From positions 113,665 through 137,664 of the forward strand of contig NZ_KI912608.1 of assembly GCF_000519265.1 (NCBI RefSeq): a DNA stretch of 24,000 nt. The letters run 5' to 3'. The stretch is from Desulfonatronum lacustre DSM 10312. Lineage in GTDB: Bacteria > Desulfobacterota > Desulfovibrionia > Desulfovibrionales > Desulfonatronaceae. The notes beneath the pieces are model-generated. The model did not search any database and had not been told where the DNA came from. It worked only from the letters and a program-made list of their open reading frames with translations. Numbering within the stretch: the stretch's first letter is position 1; each line of letters starts with the position of its first letter. A program made the position numbers and the translations under genes. This document shows, in pieces, positions 1 through 8,655 of this stretch.

Positions 1-643
1 CCTGGTGGGGGCCAACGGGGCGGGGAAAAGCACCCTGTTGCAGGTGATCAGCGGTTTGGTCCGGCCCTTTTCCGGCGAACTGCGGTTCGAGGACGTTGAT
101 CTGACGACCTTGCCGCCCCACCGGATCGTGGCCGCTGGACTGGTCCAGGTTCCGGAAGCCCGGGAGCTGTTTCCGTCCATGACCGTGCGGGAGAATCTGG
201 ACCTGGGAGCCTTCGCCCTGCGCCGGGCGGCCCAGGCGGAGATTCGGGCTAATCGTTCCAGATTGCTGGAACTATTTCCGGTTCTGGGGCAGCGTCTGGA
301 ACAGAAGGCCGGCACCTTGAGCGGCGGCGAGCAGCAAATGCTGGCCATTGCCCGGGCCCTGATGGCCAAGCCCCGGCTGCTGATTTTGGACGAACCGTCC
401 CTGGGGTTGGCGCCTTTGGTGATCAAGGAGATTTTCCGGACCTTGCGGGATCTGCGGACTGAAGGCCTGACCATCCTGCTGGTGGAGCAGAACGCCCTGG
501 CGGCCATGCGCATCAGCGACCGGGCTTACGTCCTGCAGGCCGGAAGGATGCTGCTCAGCGGCACGTCCGAGGAACTGCAGGGCAACGATGATTTTCGCCG
601 GGCGTACCTGGGCCGGGACTACAAGGCAAAATGGGAGCGCTGA
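1..643 (+). CDS. livF: Branched-chain amino acid ABC transporter ATP-binding protein (LivF type), 5' end cut by window edge
   Basis: Frame is open from the window edge. Walker A GANGAGKST, ABC signature LSGGEQQ, Walker B LLILDEPS. Stop TGA at 641-643. Confidence 0.85.
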   Translation, partial: LVGANGAGKSTLLQVISGLVRPFSGELRFEDVDLTTLPPHRIVAAGLVQVPEARELFPSMTVRENLDLGAFALRRAAQAEIRANRSRLLELFPVLGQRLEQKAGTLSGGEQQMLAIARALMAKPRLLILDEPSLGLAPLVIKEIFRTLRDLRTEGLTILLVEQNALAAMRISDRAYVLQAGRMLLSGTSEELQGNDDFRRAYLGRDYKAKWER

Positions 644-645
644 TC

Positions 646-1992
646 ATGGAGCACGCCATCTGGAATCCGCAAGCGGAATGCATGGATCGGGAGAGCCTGG
701 GGCAGGTCCAGTTGGAACGCTTGCAGATGACCCTCAATCTGGTTGTCCGCAACGTGGATTTTTACGCCAAAAAATTTCGGGAGATCGGGCTGCTGCCCGA
801 GGATGTCCGGGACGTGAGCGACCTGGCCGGGCTTCCGTTCACGACCCGGGACGACCTGATCCGGGCCTATCCCTACGGCCTGTTCGCCGTGCCGCTGCGC
901 AACGTGGTCCAGTTGCGGCTGGCCGCTTCCAGCGTCGAACCCATCGTGGTGGGCTATACGCGGCAGGACCTGCGGATGTGGACCGAGCTGATGTGCCGGG
1001 CCATGACCGCGGCCGGAGCGGGGCGCACGGACATCATCCAGGTGGCCTTTCACTATAGCCAGTTTCCCGGAGCCTTCACCTTCAATCAGGGCGCGGAATC
1101 CCTGGGCGCGGTGCTTACCCCGGCGGCCACGGTGTCCGGGGCCTTGCAGATCAAGATGATGCGGGACTTCCGCTCCACCGTGCTGGCCGGCACCCCGGCC
1201 TTTGCCCTGAGCCTGATCAAGACGCTTCAAGATGTGGAAAGCCGGACATCGGCTGAAGGCTCAGGTCAAGGGGAAAGCGGCTCCGGGCTGCATCTGCGGG
1301 TGGGCCTGTTCGGGCCGGAGGCGCTGCAACCCCAGGTGCGCGGGCTGCTGGAGCGCGGCCTGGGGCTCCGGGCGTATTCGGTCTACGGAGTGGCGGAAAT
1401 GATCGAACCGGCCCTGGCCGCGGAATGCGTCCAGCAAAGCGGCATGCATCTGGCCGAGGACCATTTTTACGTGGAGATCGTGGACCCGAAAACCGGACAG
1501 CCACGGGCCCCCGGCGAGGAAGGCGAGGTGGTGGTGACCAGCCTGACCACCCAGGGCTATCCGCTGATCCGTTTCCGGACTGGGGACATCAGTAGACTGC
1601 ATTTGGCGGCCTGTCCCTGCGGCAGGACCTCGGCCCGGCTGTCCCCGGTTTTTCGGCGCAGTGACGACGCTGTCTCGGTTCGCGGCATTCGGGTCCATCC
1701 CGGACTGGTGGAACAAGTGATCCGGGACGTGGCGCCGGAGTCTCCGGATTTTCGGTTGGTGATCCAAACGGTGCACGGGTTGGGCGACCAGGTGGAACTG
1801 GTCCTGGCCCATCCCGAGGACGGCCCACTGCCCGGGGCGACCCTGGAGACCCTGCGCGCTCAACTTCGCCGCGTCCTGGGCCTCGGCCTGCGCCTGCGTC
1901 AAGTTCCGGCCAATCGCCTGCCGCTGGCCGGATTGACCTACAAAACCACGTTTCAGGAGCGCGAAACTCCGGCTTCGGAACTCCCGTTTTGA
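646..1992 (+). CDS. Phenylacetate-CoA ligase (PaaK)/coenzyme F390 synthetase-like adenylate-forming protein with a degenerate P-loop
   Basis: Track ORF 631..1992. ATG 646 is preferred (GGGAG 8 nt upstream, 2 nt after the livF stop). PaaK-like layout: WNPQAECMDRESL..QLERLQ N-terminus, VVGYTRQDL, YGVAEM, RFRTGD. The expected SSGTTGKP loop reads ASSVEP. Confidence 0.8.
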   Translation: MEHAIWNPQAECMDRESLGQVQLERLQMTLNLVVRNVDFYAKKFREIGLLPEDVRDVSDLAGLPFTTRDDLIRAYPYGLFAVPLRNVVQLRLAASSVEPIVVGYTRQDLRMWTELMCRAMTAAGAGRTDIIQVAFHYSQFPGAFTFNQGAESLGAVLTPAATVSGALQIKMMRDFRSTVLAGTPAFALSLIKTLQDVESRTSAEGSGQGESGSGLHLRVGLFGPEALQPQVRGLLERGLGLRAYSVYGVAEMIEPALAAECVQQSGMHLAEDHFYVEIVDPKTGQPRAPGEEGEVVVTSLTTQGYPLIRFRTGDISRLHLAACPCGRTSARLSPVFRRSDDAVSVRGIRVHPGLVEQVIRDVAPESPDFRLVIQTVHGLGDQVELVLAHPEDGPLPGATLETLRAQLRRVLGLGLRLRQVPANRLPLAGLTYKTTFQERETPASELPF

Positions 1993-2039
1993 GGGGTGGG
2001 TTCAGGATTCAGAATTCAGGTTGCGTAGCTACGCATTTT

Positions 2040-2231
2040 GTAACTACTCAGTACATTTTTTGTCCGCTCTTGCTCCGGCAATCGGTATCGGGGTCGGCGC
2101 TTCGCTATCGGAGTCGGAATCGAAACAGGAAAAATTAGAACGCATCCCAGCGTTTTCGATCCCGATCCCGATCCCGATCCCGATCCCGATACCGACCCCG
2201 GCAACAGAATTACTCTGTGCTGAGTAGTTAC
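2040..2231. mobile_element. MITE-like non-autonomous element (192 bp) with terminal inverted repeats and target-site duplication
   Basis: TIRs GTAACTACTCAGTACA (2040-2055) and TGTGCTGAGTAGTTAC (2216-2231) match 15/16 as reverse complements. Identical 8-bp direct repeats CGCATTTT flank the element at 2032-2039 and 2232-2239. The interior is a long imperfect hairpin with no credible coding frame. Confidence 0.6.
2158..2199 (+). repeat. Hexanucleotide microsatellite: (GATCCC)x5 plus two degenerate units (GATACC, GACCCC)
   Basis: Read directly: five perfect GATCCC units at 2158-2187, then two degenerate units. A degenerate complementary array (TCGGTA TCGGGG TCGGCG .. TCGGAG TCGGAA TCGAAA) sits at about 2082-2125. 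Confidence 0.95.
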
Positions 2232-2264
2232 CGCATTTTTTTAAGTATTTCGAGAGGAACATAC

Positions 2265-4460
2265 ATGTCGCGGAGTCCGGTTTATTTCTCCCTGGTGCTG
2301 CATTTTCATCAGCCCGTGGGCAATTTCGACCATGTTTTCGCCAATGCCTACGATTTGGCCTACAAGCCGCTGTTGGATCACCTGTGGGACTATCCGGATA
2401 TCCGGGTCGGGCTGCACTTTTCCGGTTGTTTGTTGGACTGGCTGCTGGAGCATCGGCCCGCGGTGCATGAACAGGTGGGCCGACTGGTACGCCGCGGGCA
2501 GGTGGAGATTCTGGCCGGCGGGTATTACGAGCCCGTGCTGCCCATGCTTCGGCCCGAGGACGCCCAGGGGCAGGTGCGGATGCACATTCGGGCCATGGAA
2601 GACCTCTGGTCTGTCACGCCCACCGGGCTTTGGCTGACCGAACGGGTCTGGGAGCCGCACCTGCCGTCCTGGCTGGCGCCCTTGGGCCTCCGCTACAGTC
2701 TGGTGGACGACAACCATCTGCATCGGGCCGGAGTGCGATGCCTGCTCGGAACCTGGCTGACCGAGGACTGCGGCCATCCCTTGCGCCTGTTGGTCAACCT
2801 CAAGCCGCTGCGCCGATTGATTCCCTGGCAGCCTCTGGACGCGGTCTGGGCCATGCTGGGCGATTTGGCCGCCTTGGGCCGGGACGTCGGCATAGCCCCG
2901 CTGGCCTGTCTGGGGGACGACGCCGAGCGATTCGGACTGTGGCCCAGAACCCACGAGCATTGCTGGGAACAGGGCTACATGCGCCGCTTTTTCGACGGGT
3001 TGCTGGAGCGGCGGGACTGGATCAAGACGGTCACTCCGACCGAGTACATGGAGCGTCACGCGGACCAGGGCCGGGTCTACCTGCCCACGGCCTCTTATCT
3101 GGAAATGATGGACTGGGCCATGCCCACCCAGGAGGCCGCGACCCTGGGGACCTATCGCCGGGCCTGCGAGACCCAGGATATTTCCCGGTTTCTGTCCGGC
3201 GGGTTCTGGCGCAACTTTCTGGTCAAATATCCGGAAGTGAACTGGCTGCAGAAGCGAGGGCAGGATCTTTCCCGGGCCCTGGACGGGCTAGCCGTGGAAC
3301 GGGGCGGGGACGCAGCCGTGGAGTCGGGTCGCAAGCGGGTTTGGGCCAGCCAGTGCAACTGCGCCTACTGGCACGGGGTCTTCGGCGGGGTCTACCTGAC
3401 CCATCTGCGTCAAACCAATGCCGCCAATCTCCTGGCGGCCCAGGAAGAGTCCGGCCTGTGGCCATCTCCCCACTGGTCCGTTCGGGACGTGGACGTGGAC
3501 GGACGTGAGGAACTACATGCGCGGTTCGGTCCCTGGCAGCTCTTTCTGAGCCCGGCCAACGGGGCCGCGGCCAAGGAACTGGACTACCTGCCCAAGCGCC
3601 TGAATCTGGCCACGGCCTTTGCCCGCCATCCCGAACCGTATCATCAGGCCCTGCGGGAAGCCGCGGAAAAAGGCGAGGTGATCACGCCGAACCATCCGCA
3701 ATGGAAGGAGTTCTTCCACATCCATTCCGCGGAGGTCCGGGCCAAGGAACCGGGGCTGGAACGATTCCTGGACTATGACCGGTTCGACCATATGCCCTTC
3801 GCGGATTATCTCCTGCCCGACGAGACCAGTCTTGATGATCTGACCCACGGACGCTTCCAGCCCTTGGCCAGCTCTTGGCAAACGGCCATGACCTGGGAGG
3901 TTCGGGAACTGAAGGAGGGGATGGAGGCGGCGTTTGCGGGCCGGATGGCTTTTACTGAAAAGTCTTCCGAAGAGTCTTCCGAGAAGTTTTTTGGGGTGCC
4001 TTCCGAGAAGCCTTTGGGAAAACCTTCGCGATGGCTCGATGTGGAGAAGTCCTTTCGGTTGTTCACGGATCGGGTGGAGGTGGATTACCGGATCACGGCA
4101 TGCGGGGGGGATGTCCGAAACGCGATCTGGGTCACCGAGCTGGCCTTGGGCCTGACTTCGCGGTGTACCGGACGATCGCATGGCAATGGCGGTGAGGAAG
4201 AGGAGAAAGACCTCGAACAGTCCTGGAGTTTCGCTGCTCTCGCGGACGTGACCTTTGCCTGTCCCTATTCCCAGGGCCGGTTTCTGGTGGAGGTCAGCCC
4301 GGAGGCCACGTTGCGCCATGTTCCGCTGTGGGCCGTGACCAAGTCCGAAAGCGGCTTCGAGCGCACCCCTCAGGGCTCGGCGTTTTATTTCTGTCGTCCT
4401 CTGCGACTGCTCTCCGGCGAACAGGAACGGTTTCGTCTGAGGTTGCGGTTCGTCGAGTAG
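2265..4460 (+). CDS. Glycoside hydrolase family 57 alpha-amylase/4-alpha-glucanotransferase-like protein
   Basis: ATG 2265 with GAGAGGA upstream; the upstream part of track ORF 2217 lies inside the MITE. GH57-type motifs LHFHQPVGNF, GQVEILAGGYYEP, WLTERVWEP. Long C-terminal domains typical of this family. Confidence 0.85.
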   Translation: MSRSPVYFSLVLHFHQPVGNFDHVFANAYDLAYKPLLDHLWDYPDIRVGLHFSGCLLDWLLEHRPAVHEQVGRLVRRGQVEILAGGYYEPVLPMLRPEDAQGQVRMHIRAMEDLWSVTPTGLWLTERVWEPHLPSWLAPLGLRYSLVDDNHLHRAGVRCLLGTWLTEDCGHPLRLLVNLKPLRRLIPWQPLDAVWAMLGDLAALGRDVGIAPLACLGDDAERFGLWPRTHEHCWEQGYMRRFFDGLLERRDWIKTVTPTEYMERHADQGRVYLPTASYLEMMDWAMPTQEAATLGTYRRACETQDISRFLSGGFWRNFLVKYPEVNWLQKRGQDLSRALDGLAVERGGDAAVESGRKRVWASQCNCAYWHGVFGGVYLTHLRQTNAANLLAAQEESGLWPSPHWSVRDVDVDGREELHARFGPWQLFLSPANGAAAKELDYLPKRLNLATAFARHPEPYHQALREAAEKGEVITPNHPQWKEFFHIHSAEVRAKEPGLERFLDYDRFDHMPFADYLLPDETSLDDLTHGRFQPLASSWQTAMTWEVRELKEGMEAAFAGRMAFTEKSSEESSEKFFGVPSEKPLGKPSRWLDVEKSFRLFTDRVEVDYRITACGGDVRNAIWVTELALGLTSRCTGRSHGNGGEEEEKDLEQSWSFAALADVTFACPYSQGRFLVEVSPEATLRHVPLWAVTKSESGFERTPQGSAFYFCRPLRLLSGEQERFRLRLRFVE

Positions 4461-4512
4461 GGGCAGGCCACGGACCTGCCTCTACGGAACGCGAAGTGCC
4501 GAGATTATCGAA

Positions 4513-5214
4513 ATGTTGCTCCCCGAGCCTTTGATCACTGGTGTTCTGATCCGGCGCTATAAGCGCTTCCTGGCGGATGTCCGCCTGGAGAGCGGCGACG
4601 TGGTCACGGCGCACACCCCGAACACCGGGTCCATGCTCGGGTGTTCGAGTCCGGGCAGCCGGGTCTGGTTGAGCCGGGCGGAGAATCCCAAGCGCAAGTA
4701 TCCCTGGACCTGGGAGCTGACCGAGTCCGAGTCCGGCATGCTGGTGGGCATCCATACCGGACGGAGCAACGGCTTGGTCTGGGAGGCCCTGGCCGCGGCA
4801 AAGGCGCCTGAACTGGCCGGATATCGCCCCGTGCGCCGGGAGGTCGTGGTGGAACACGGACGGATCGACATGCTGCTGGAAAATGCCGAGGGCCGGGCTT
4901 GCTACGTGGAGGTCAAGAACGTCACTGCGATGGAGGAGCAGGGTACCGCGATCTTTCCGGACGCCGTGAGCGTCAGGGCGTCCCGGCATCTGGAAGCTCT
5001 GGCCGAACTGGTCGCCAAGGGACACCGGGCCGTGATTTTTTTCTGCGTTCAGCGCGGGGACGCGCGAAAGCTGTCCCCGGCGGACGCCATTGATCCGGTT
5101 TATGGTCGGACCTTGCGCCGGGTGTTGGCCCAGGGCGTGGAGGCGTTGGCTTGGCGGGCGGAGGTTTCGCAACGGGCCATTGTCCTGGAAACACCGTTAC
5201 CCGTGGTTTGTTGA
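4513..5214 (+). CDS. sfsA: Sugar fermentation stimulation protein SfsA (DNA-binding/nuclease-like)
   Basis: Collinear with E. coli SfsA along the full length: RYKRFLADV, HTPNTGSM, KRKYPWTWEL, CYVEVKNVT, FPDAVS.R..RHL..L, RAVIFF. Confidence 0.9.
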   Translation: MLLPEPLITGVLIRRYKRFLADVRLESGDVVTAHTPNTGSMLGCSSPGSRVWLSRAENPKRKYPWTWELTESESGMLVGIHTGRSNGLVWEALAAAKAPELAGYRPVRREVVVEHGRIDMLLENAEGRACYVEVKNVTAMEEQGTAIFPDAVSVRASRHLEALAELVAKGHRAVIFFCVQRGDARKLSPADAIDPVYGRTLRRVLAQGVEALAWRAEVSQRAIVLETPLPVVC

Positions 5215-5233
5215 AGAGGATGACGGAGGAAGA

Positions 5234-5635
5234 ATGACGACGAGAACGCCCTTGACGCACCGAGGCTCCATGATGGACGAATACTTTTTCGAGGAGCGCT
5301 GTTTCATCAGCGAATGGTGGAACTCCGTACAGGACGCAGACGTGTCCGTGGCCAGGGCCCGCGTCCTGCCCGGCGTCACGACCCGCCTGCACCGTCTGCG
5401 CGGCATCATGGAGCGGTACATCATTCTCGAAGGCCAGGGCCTGGTGGAAATCGATGGGCGGCCTGCCGGAACCGTGACGCCTGGAGACGTGGTCCTGATT
5501 CCCCCAGACGTTTCTCAACGCATCAGCAATCCCGGGATTTCAGACCTGCTTTTTCTGGTCGTGTGCACCCCTCGATTCGTCCCCGAGGCCTACGAGGATT
5601 TGGAAAGCCCGGACGGCATCAAAACGGATCAATGA
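5234..5635 (+). CDS. Cupin domain protein
   Basis: ATG 5234 preceded by GGAGGA (5225-5230). Beta-barrel cupin-like core: ERYIILEGQGLVEIDG....GDVVLIPPDVSQRISN. The upstream part of track ORF 5090 overlaps sfsA and is rejected. Confidence 0.6.
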   Translation: MTTRTPLTHRGSMMDEYFFEERCFISEWWNSVQDADVSVARARVLPGVTTRLHRLRGIMERYIILEGQGLVEIDGRPAGTVTPGDVVLIPPDVSQRISNPGISDLLFLVVCTPRFVPEAYEDLESPDGIKTDQ

Positions 5636-5716
5636 TCCCGTGACCATTTTTTTTGTAACATCTCAAGCCATAGCGACCACGGCTCCCAAGCCAAGAACCC
5701 AAAAGGAATCCTGACC

Positions 5717-7465
5717 ATGACAATTGAACGCTTTGAAGAACTGAATCTATCCGAGGAAACACTGAAGGCCATTCAGGAAATGGGTTTTGAGGAGCCGTCG
5801 CCCATCCAGTCCCTGGCCATTCCCATGCTGATGCAGGGCCGGGACGTCATCGGCCAGGCCCAGACCGGAACGGGGAAAACCGTGGCCTTCGGCATTCCGG
5901 TCCTGGAACAGGTCGACCCCGCAAGCCGGGACATCCAGGCCATCGTGCTCTGTCCGACCCGAGAATTGGCCATCCAGGTGGCCGAGGAGCTGAATACTCT
6001 GGCCAAATTCCGCAAGGGAATCACCGTGCTTCCGGTTTACGGCGGGCAACCCATCGACCGGCAGATCCGAGTGCTGCGCCAGGGGGCGCAGGTGATCATC
6101 GGAACCCCGGGCCGGGTCATGGACCACATGGATCGAGGGACCATCAAGCTGGACAAGATTCGGGTCGCGGTCCTGGACGAGGCGGACGAGATGCTGGACA
6201 TGGGGTTTCGCGAGGACATCGAGAAGATTCTCCAGGCCGCGCCCACCAATCGCCAGACCGTGCTCTTCTCCGCGACCATGCCTCCTGAGATTCTGCGCCT
6301 GGCGGACACGTACCAGACGGACCGGCTGCTGGCCAAGGTGTCCCAGAAGGTGCTCACCGTGCCGAACGTCGAGCAGTTTTTCTACGAGGTGCCCCGTGGC
6401 TCGCGGCTGGAGGCCATGTGCCGGATCATCGACGTGTTCAACCCCAAGCTGAGCATCGTTTTTTCCAACACCAAGCGGAGCGTGGACCAGATCGTGGAGC
6501 ACCTCCAGGCCCGAGGGTACATGTCCGAGGGGCTGCACGGGGACATGAACCAAGTCCAGCGCGACCGGGTGATGGGCAAGTTTCGCTCCGGCAATGTGGA
6601 GATTCTGGTGGCCACGGACGTGGCCGCCCGGGGCATCGACGTGGATGATGTGGAGGCGGTCTTCAATTTCGATATTCCCAGCGACGTGGAGTACTATGTG
6701 CACCGTATCGGACGCACGGGCCGGGCCGGGCGAACCGGACGGGCCTTCACCTTTGCCTCGGGCCGGGAATTCTACAAGCTGCGGGACATCCAGCGGTTCA
6801 CCAAGGCCAAGATGGTCCAGCGCAGCGTGCCCAGCGTGGGCGACGTGGAGCAGGCCAAAACAGAAAAGTTCCTCAGCGGGATCCGGGAGAGTATGGTTCA
6901 GGGTGGTCTGGAAAATCAGGTTCGAGTGGTGGAGCACTTTTTGGAGAACGAACAGGTCTCTTCCCTGGATATGGCCGCGGCCATGCTGAAGATGCTCATG
7001 GGCCCGCCCAGGGAAGAGCAGAATGACGCGCTGCTGTTCAACGAGCAGTCCCGCGGTCGGCCCGGAGACCGGGATCGGGACCGGGATCGCCCTAGTGGCC
7101 CCCGCTTTCGGGAGAGCGGACCGCAGCAGGGCATGACCCGGCTGATGCTCAATGTCGGCCGCAATCAACAGGTGGAAGTGCGGGACGTGGTCGGGGCCAT
7201 TGCCGGAGAAACCGGTCTCTCGGGCAGGCAGATCGGCAAGATCGTGATGCAGGACAATCGCTGCTTCGTGGAAGTGCCCACGGAATTCGCCAAGGACGTG
7301 GTCCGGGTGATGGACGGAAACCAGATCCGGGGGCAACGGGTCGAGGCCAAGGAAGTCTCCGATGGCGGACGAGCCGACGACGACCAACGCCCTATGCGCA
7401 AGCGACCGGCCACGGTTCGTCCGTTTCGGGCCAAGCGACCTAACTCGCAAAGCTGGGACAGGTAG
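5717..7465 (+). CDS. deaD: DEAD-box ATP-dependent RNA helicase (DeaD/CsdA type) with C-terminal DbpA-like RNA-binding domain
   Basis: Motifs AQTGTGKT, PTRELA, DEAD (VLDEADEML), SAT, HRIGRTGRAG. RD/RDR-rich linker followed by a C-terminal RNA-binding-like domain. Confidence 0.9.
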   Translation: MTIERFEELNLSEETLKAIQEMGFEEPSPIQSLAIPMLMQGRDVIGQAQTGTGKTVAFGIPVLEQVDPASRDIQAIVLCPTRELAIQVAEELNTLAKFRKGITVLPVYGGQPIDRQIRVLRQGAQVIIGTPGRVMDHMDRGTIKLDKIRVAVLDEADEMLDMGFREDIEKILQAAPTNRQTVLFSATMPPEILRLADTYQTDRLLAKVSQKVLTVPNVEQFFYEVPRGSRLEAMCRIIDVFNPKLSIVFSNTKRSVDQIVEHLQARGYMSEGLHGDMNQVQRDRVMGKFRSGNVEILVATDVAARGIDVDDVEAVFNFDIPSDVEYYVHRIGRTGRAGRTGRAFTFASGREFYKLRDIQRFTKAKMVQRSVPSVGDVEQAKTEKFLSGIRESMVQGGLENQVRVVEHFLENEQVSSLDMAAAMLKMLMGPPREEQNDALLFNEQSRGRPGDRDRDRDRPSGPRFRESGPQQGMTRLMLNVGRNQQVEVRDVVGAIAGETGLSGRQIGKIVMQDNRCFVEVPTEFAKDVVRVMDGNQIRGQRVEAKEVSDGGRADDDQRPMRKRPATVRPFRAKRPNSQSWDR

Positions 7466-7480
7466 GCGCGGCGGGCGCGT

Positions 7481-8440
7481 TTACACCAGGGCTCGCCAAA
7501 GACGCTCGGCCAAGCTCGCTTGACGCTGATCCAGACGGGTGATCCCGGCTTGGGCCGCGGCATTCAGAGCCTGGGCGAACTCCTCGCCGGTGAGCGGACG
7601 GCTCAGTTCCGGGAATGCGTTCGCGTTCCCGCACGGTCGGTATTGGTCCATGATGTTCACGTAGGTGTTCTGGGAGATTTTCCGGGCCAGGAATTCCATC
7701 CACTGTGCGGTTCCGGCCAGATCTTCCGGCATTACCAGATGCCGGACAAGCAGGCCGTGGACGGCGACGCCCCGATCGTCCAGCTCCAGGTCGCTCACTT
7801 GGCGGTGCATTTCTTTGATGGCTTCCCGGGCCCGTCCCGGGTAGTCCTCGGCCCGGCAGTACCGGGCGGCGGCTTCCGGGGCAAAGAATTTGGCGTCGGG
7901 CATGTAAATGTCCACCACGCCGTCAAGTCGGCGCAACGTCTCCAGGCTGTCGTATCCGCTGGAATTGTAGACCAGGGGCAAACACAGCCCCTGGTCCGCG
8001 GCAATGACCAGGGCTTCGAGGATCTGGGGCACGATGTGGGATGGGGTGACGAAATTGATGTTGTGGACGCCTTGAGCCTGCAATTCCAGCATGACGGCGG
8101 CCAGCTGTTCCGGAGTCGCCTCCGGAGCGTTCTTCCCGTGGTGGCTGATGTCGTGGTTCTGGCAAAATACGCAGGCCAGGTTGCACTGGGCGAAAAAGAT
8201 CGTTCCGGACCCACCGCTGCCCACCAACGGCTCTTCCTCCCCAAAGTGCGGGCTGTAGCTGGCCACCTTGGCCCAGCGACCGATCCGGCAAAAGCCCGAT
8301 TCCCCTTCGAGCCGGTTCACCCGGCACTGCCTGGGACACATGGCGCAGTCCCGTAGCGCCTCCACCGCCTCGGCGGCACGGGCGCGCAGTTCTCCGGCGG
8401 CGTGGAGTTGGAGATAGCCGGCTTCCGGCGTCTTGGTCAT
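7481..8440 (-). CDS. Radical SAM protein, PflX-like (homologue of pyruvate formate-lyase activating enzymes)
   Basis: CX3CX2C motif CNLACVFCQN and an N-terminal Cys cluster CAMCPRQCRVNR..GFC. Strong SD AAGGAGG upstream of ATG 8440. Convergent with deaD, 15 nt apart. Confidence 0.8.
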   Translation of the reverse strand: MTKTPEAGYLQLHAAGELRARAAEAVEALRDCAMCPRQCRVNRLEGESGFCRIGRWAKVASYSPHFGEEEPLVGSGGSGTIFFAQCNLACVFCQNHDISHHGKNAPEATPEQLAAVMLELQAQGVHNINFVTPSHIVPQILEALVIAADQGLCLPLVYNSSGYDSLETLRRLDGVVDIYMPDAKFFAPEAAARYCRAEDYPGRAREAIKEMHRQVSDLELDDRGVAVHGLLVRHLVMPEDLAGTAQWMEFLARKISQNTYVNIMDQYRPCGNANAFPELSRPLTGEEFAQALNAAAQAGITRLDQRQASLAERLWRALV

Positions 8441-8655
8441 GCCGTCCTCCTTGGTTTGCGATCACGCTCCTTTCCCAAAAAACTACCCAGGGACAAGGCG
8501 AATGTCACGGGCTCGGATCGCGTTCACAATTCCGAACCCTGGTTGCGGGAACGAAAGCAACGCGAAGCCAGGACTTGACGGCGTGGCCAAAGGCAGGGAA
8601 AAGAAGAGAAGGCATGAGGCTCTGATTTAGAATCCATTCCAAGAGGTTTCCCGCC

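Noticed and set aside
2158-2199. Possible CRISPR array
   Set aside because: The repeat unit is only 6 bp, the units are contiguous with no spacers, and there are no cas genes. It is a microsatellite.
2016-2262. Three overlapping 62-72 aa ORFs encoding GSGSGS / IPIPIP / GIGIGI repeats
   Set aside because: They are translations of the GATCCC microsatellite inside the MITE-like element, in several frames and on both strands. There are no start context or coding features.
5624-5654. Possible terminator after the cupin gene (ACGGATC..GATCCCGT stem, T8 run)
   Set aside because: The stem is only 7 bp with a bulge, overlaps the stop codon, and sits 5 nt from the T-run. It is too weak to call.
5747-7450. 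567-aa minus-strand ORF antisense to deaD, and similar long antisense ORFs at 16372-17757, 18260-19759, 20022-21356, 21289-22563, 2241-3059 and 4294-5172
   Set aside because: Each fully overlaps a gene with clear family motifs on the opposite strand. Their translations are Arg/Gly/Pro/His-rich low complexity with no recognisable domains. This is the typical stop-codon-poor antisense frame of a high-GC genome.
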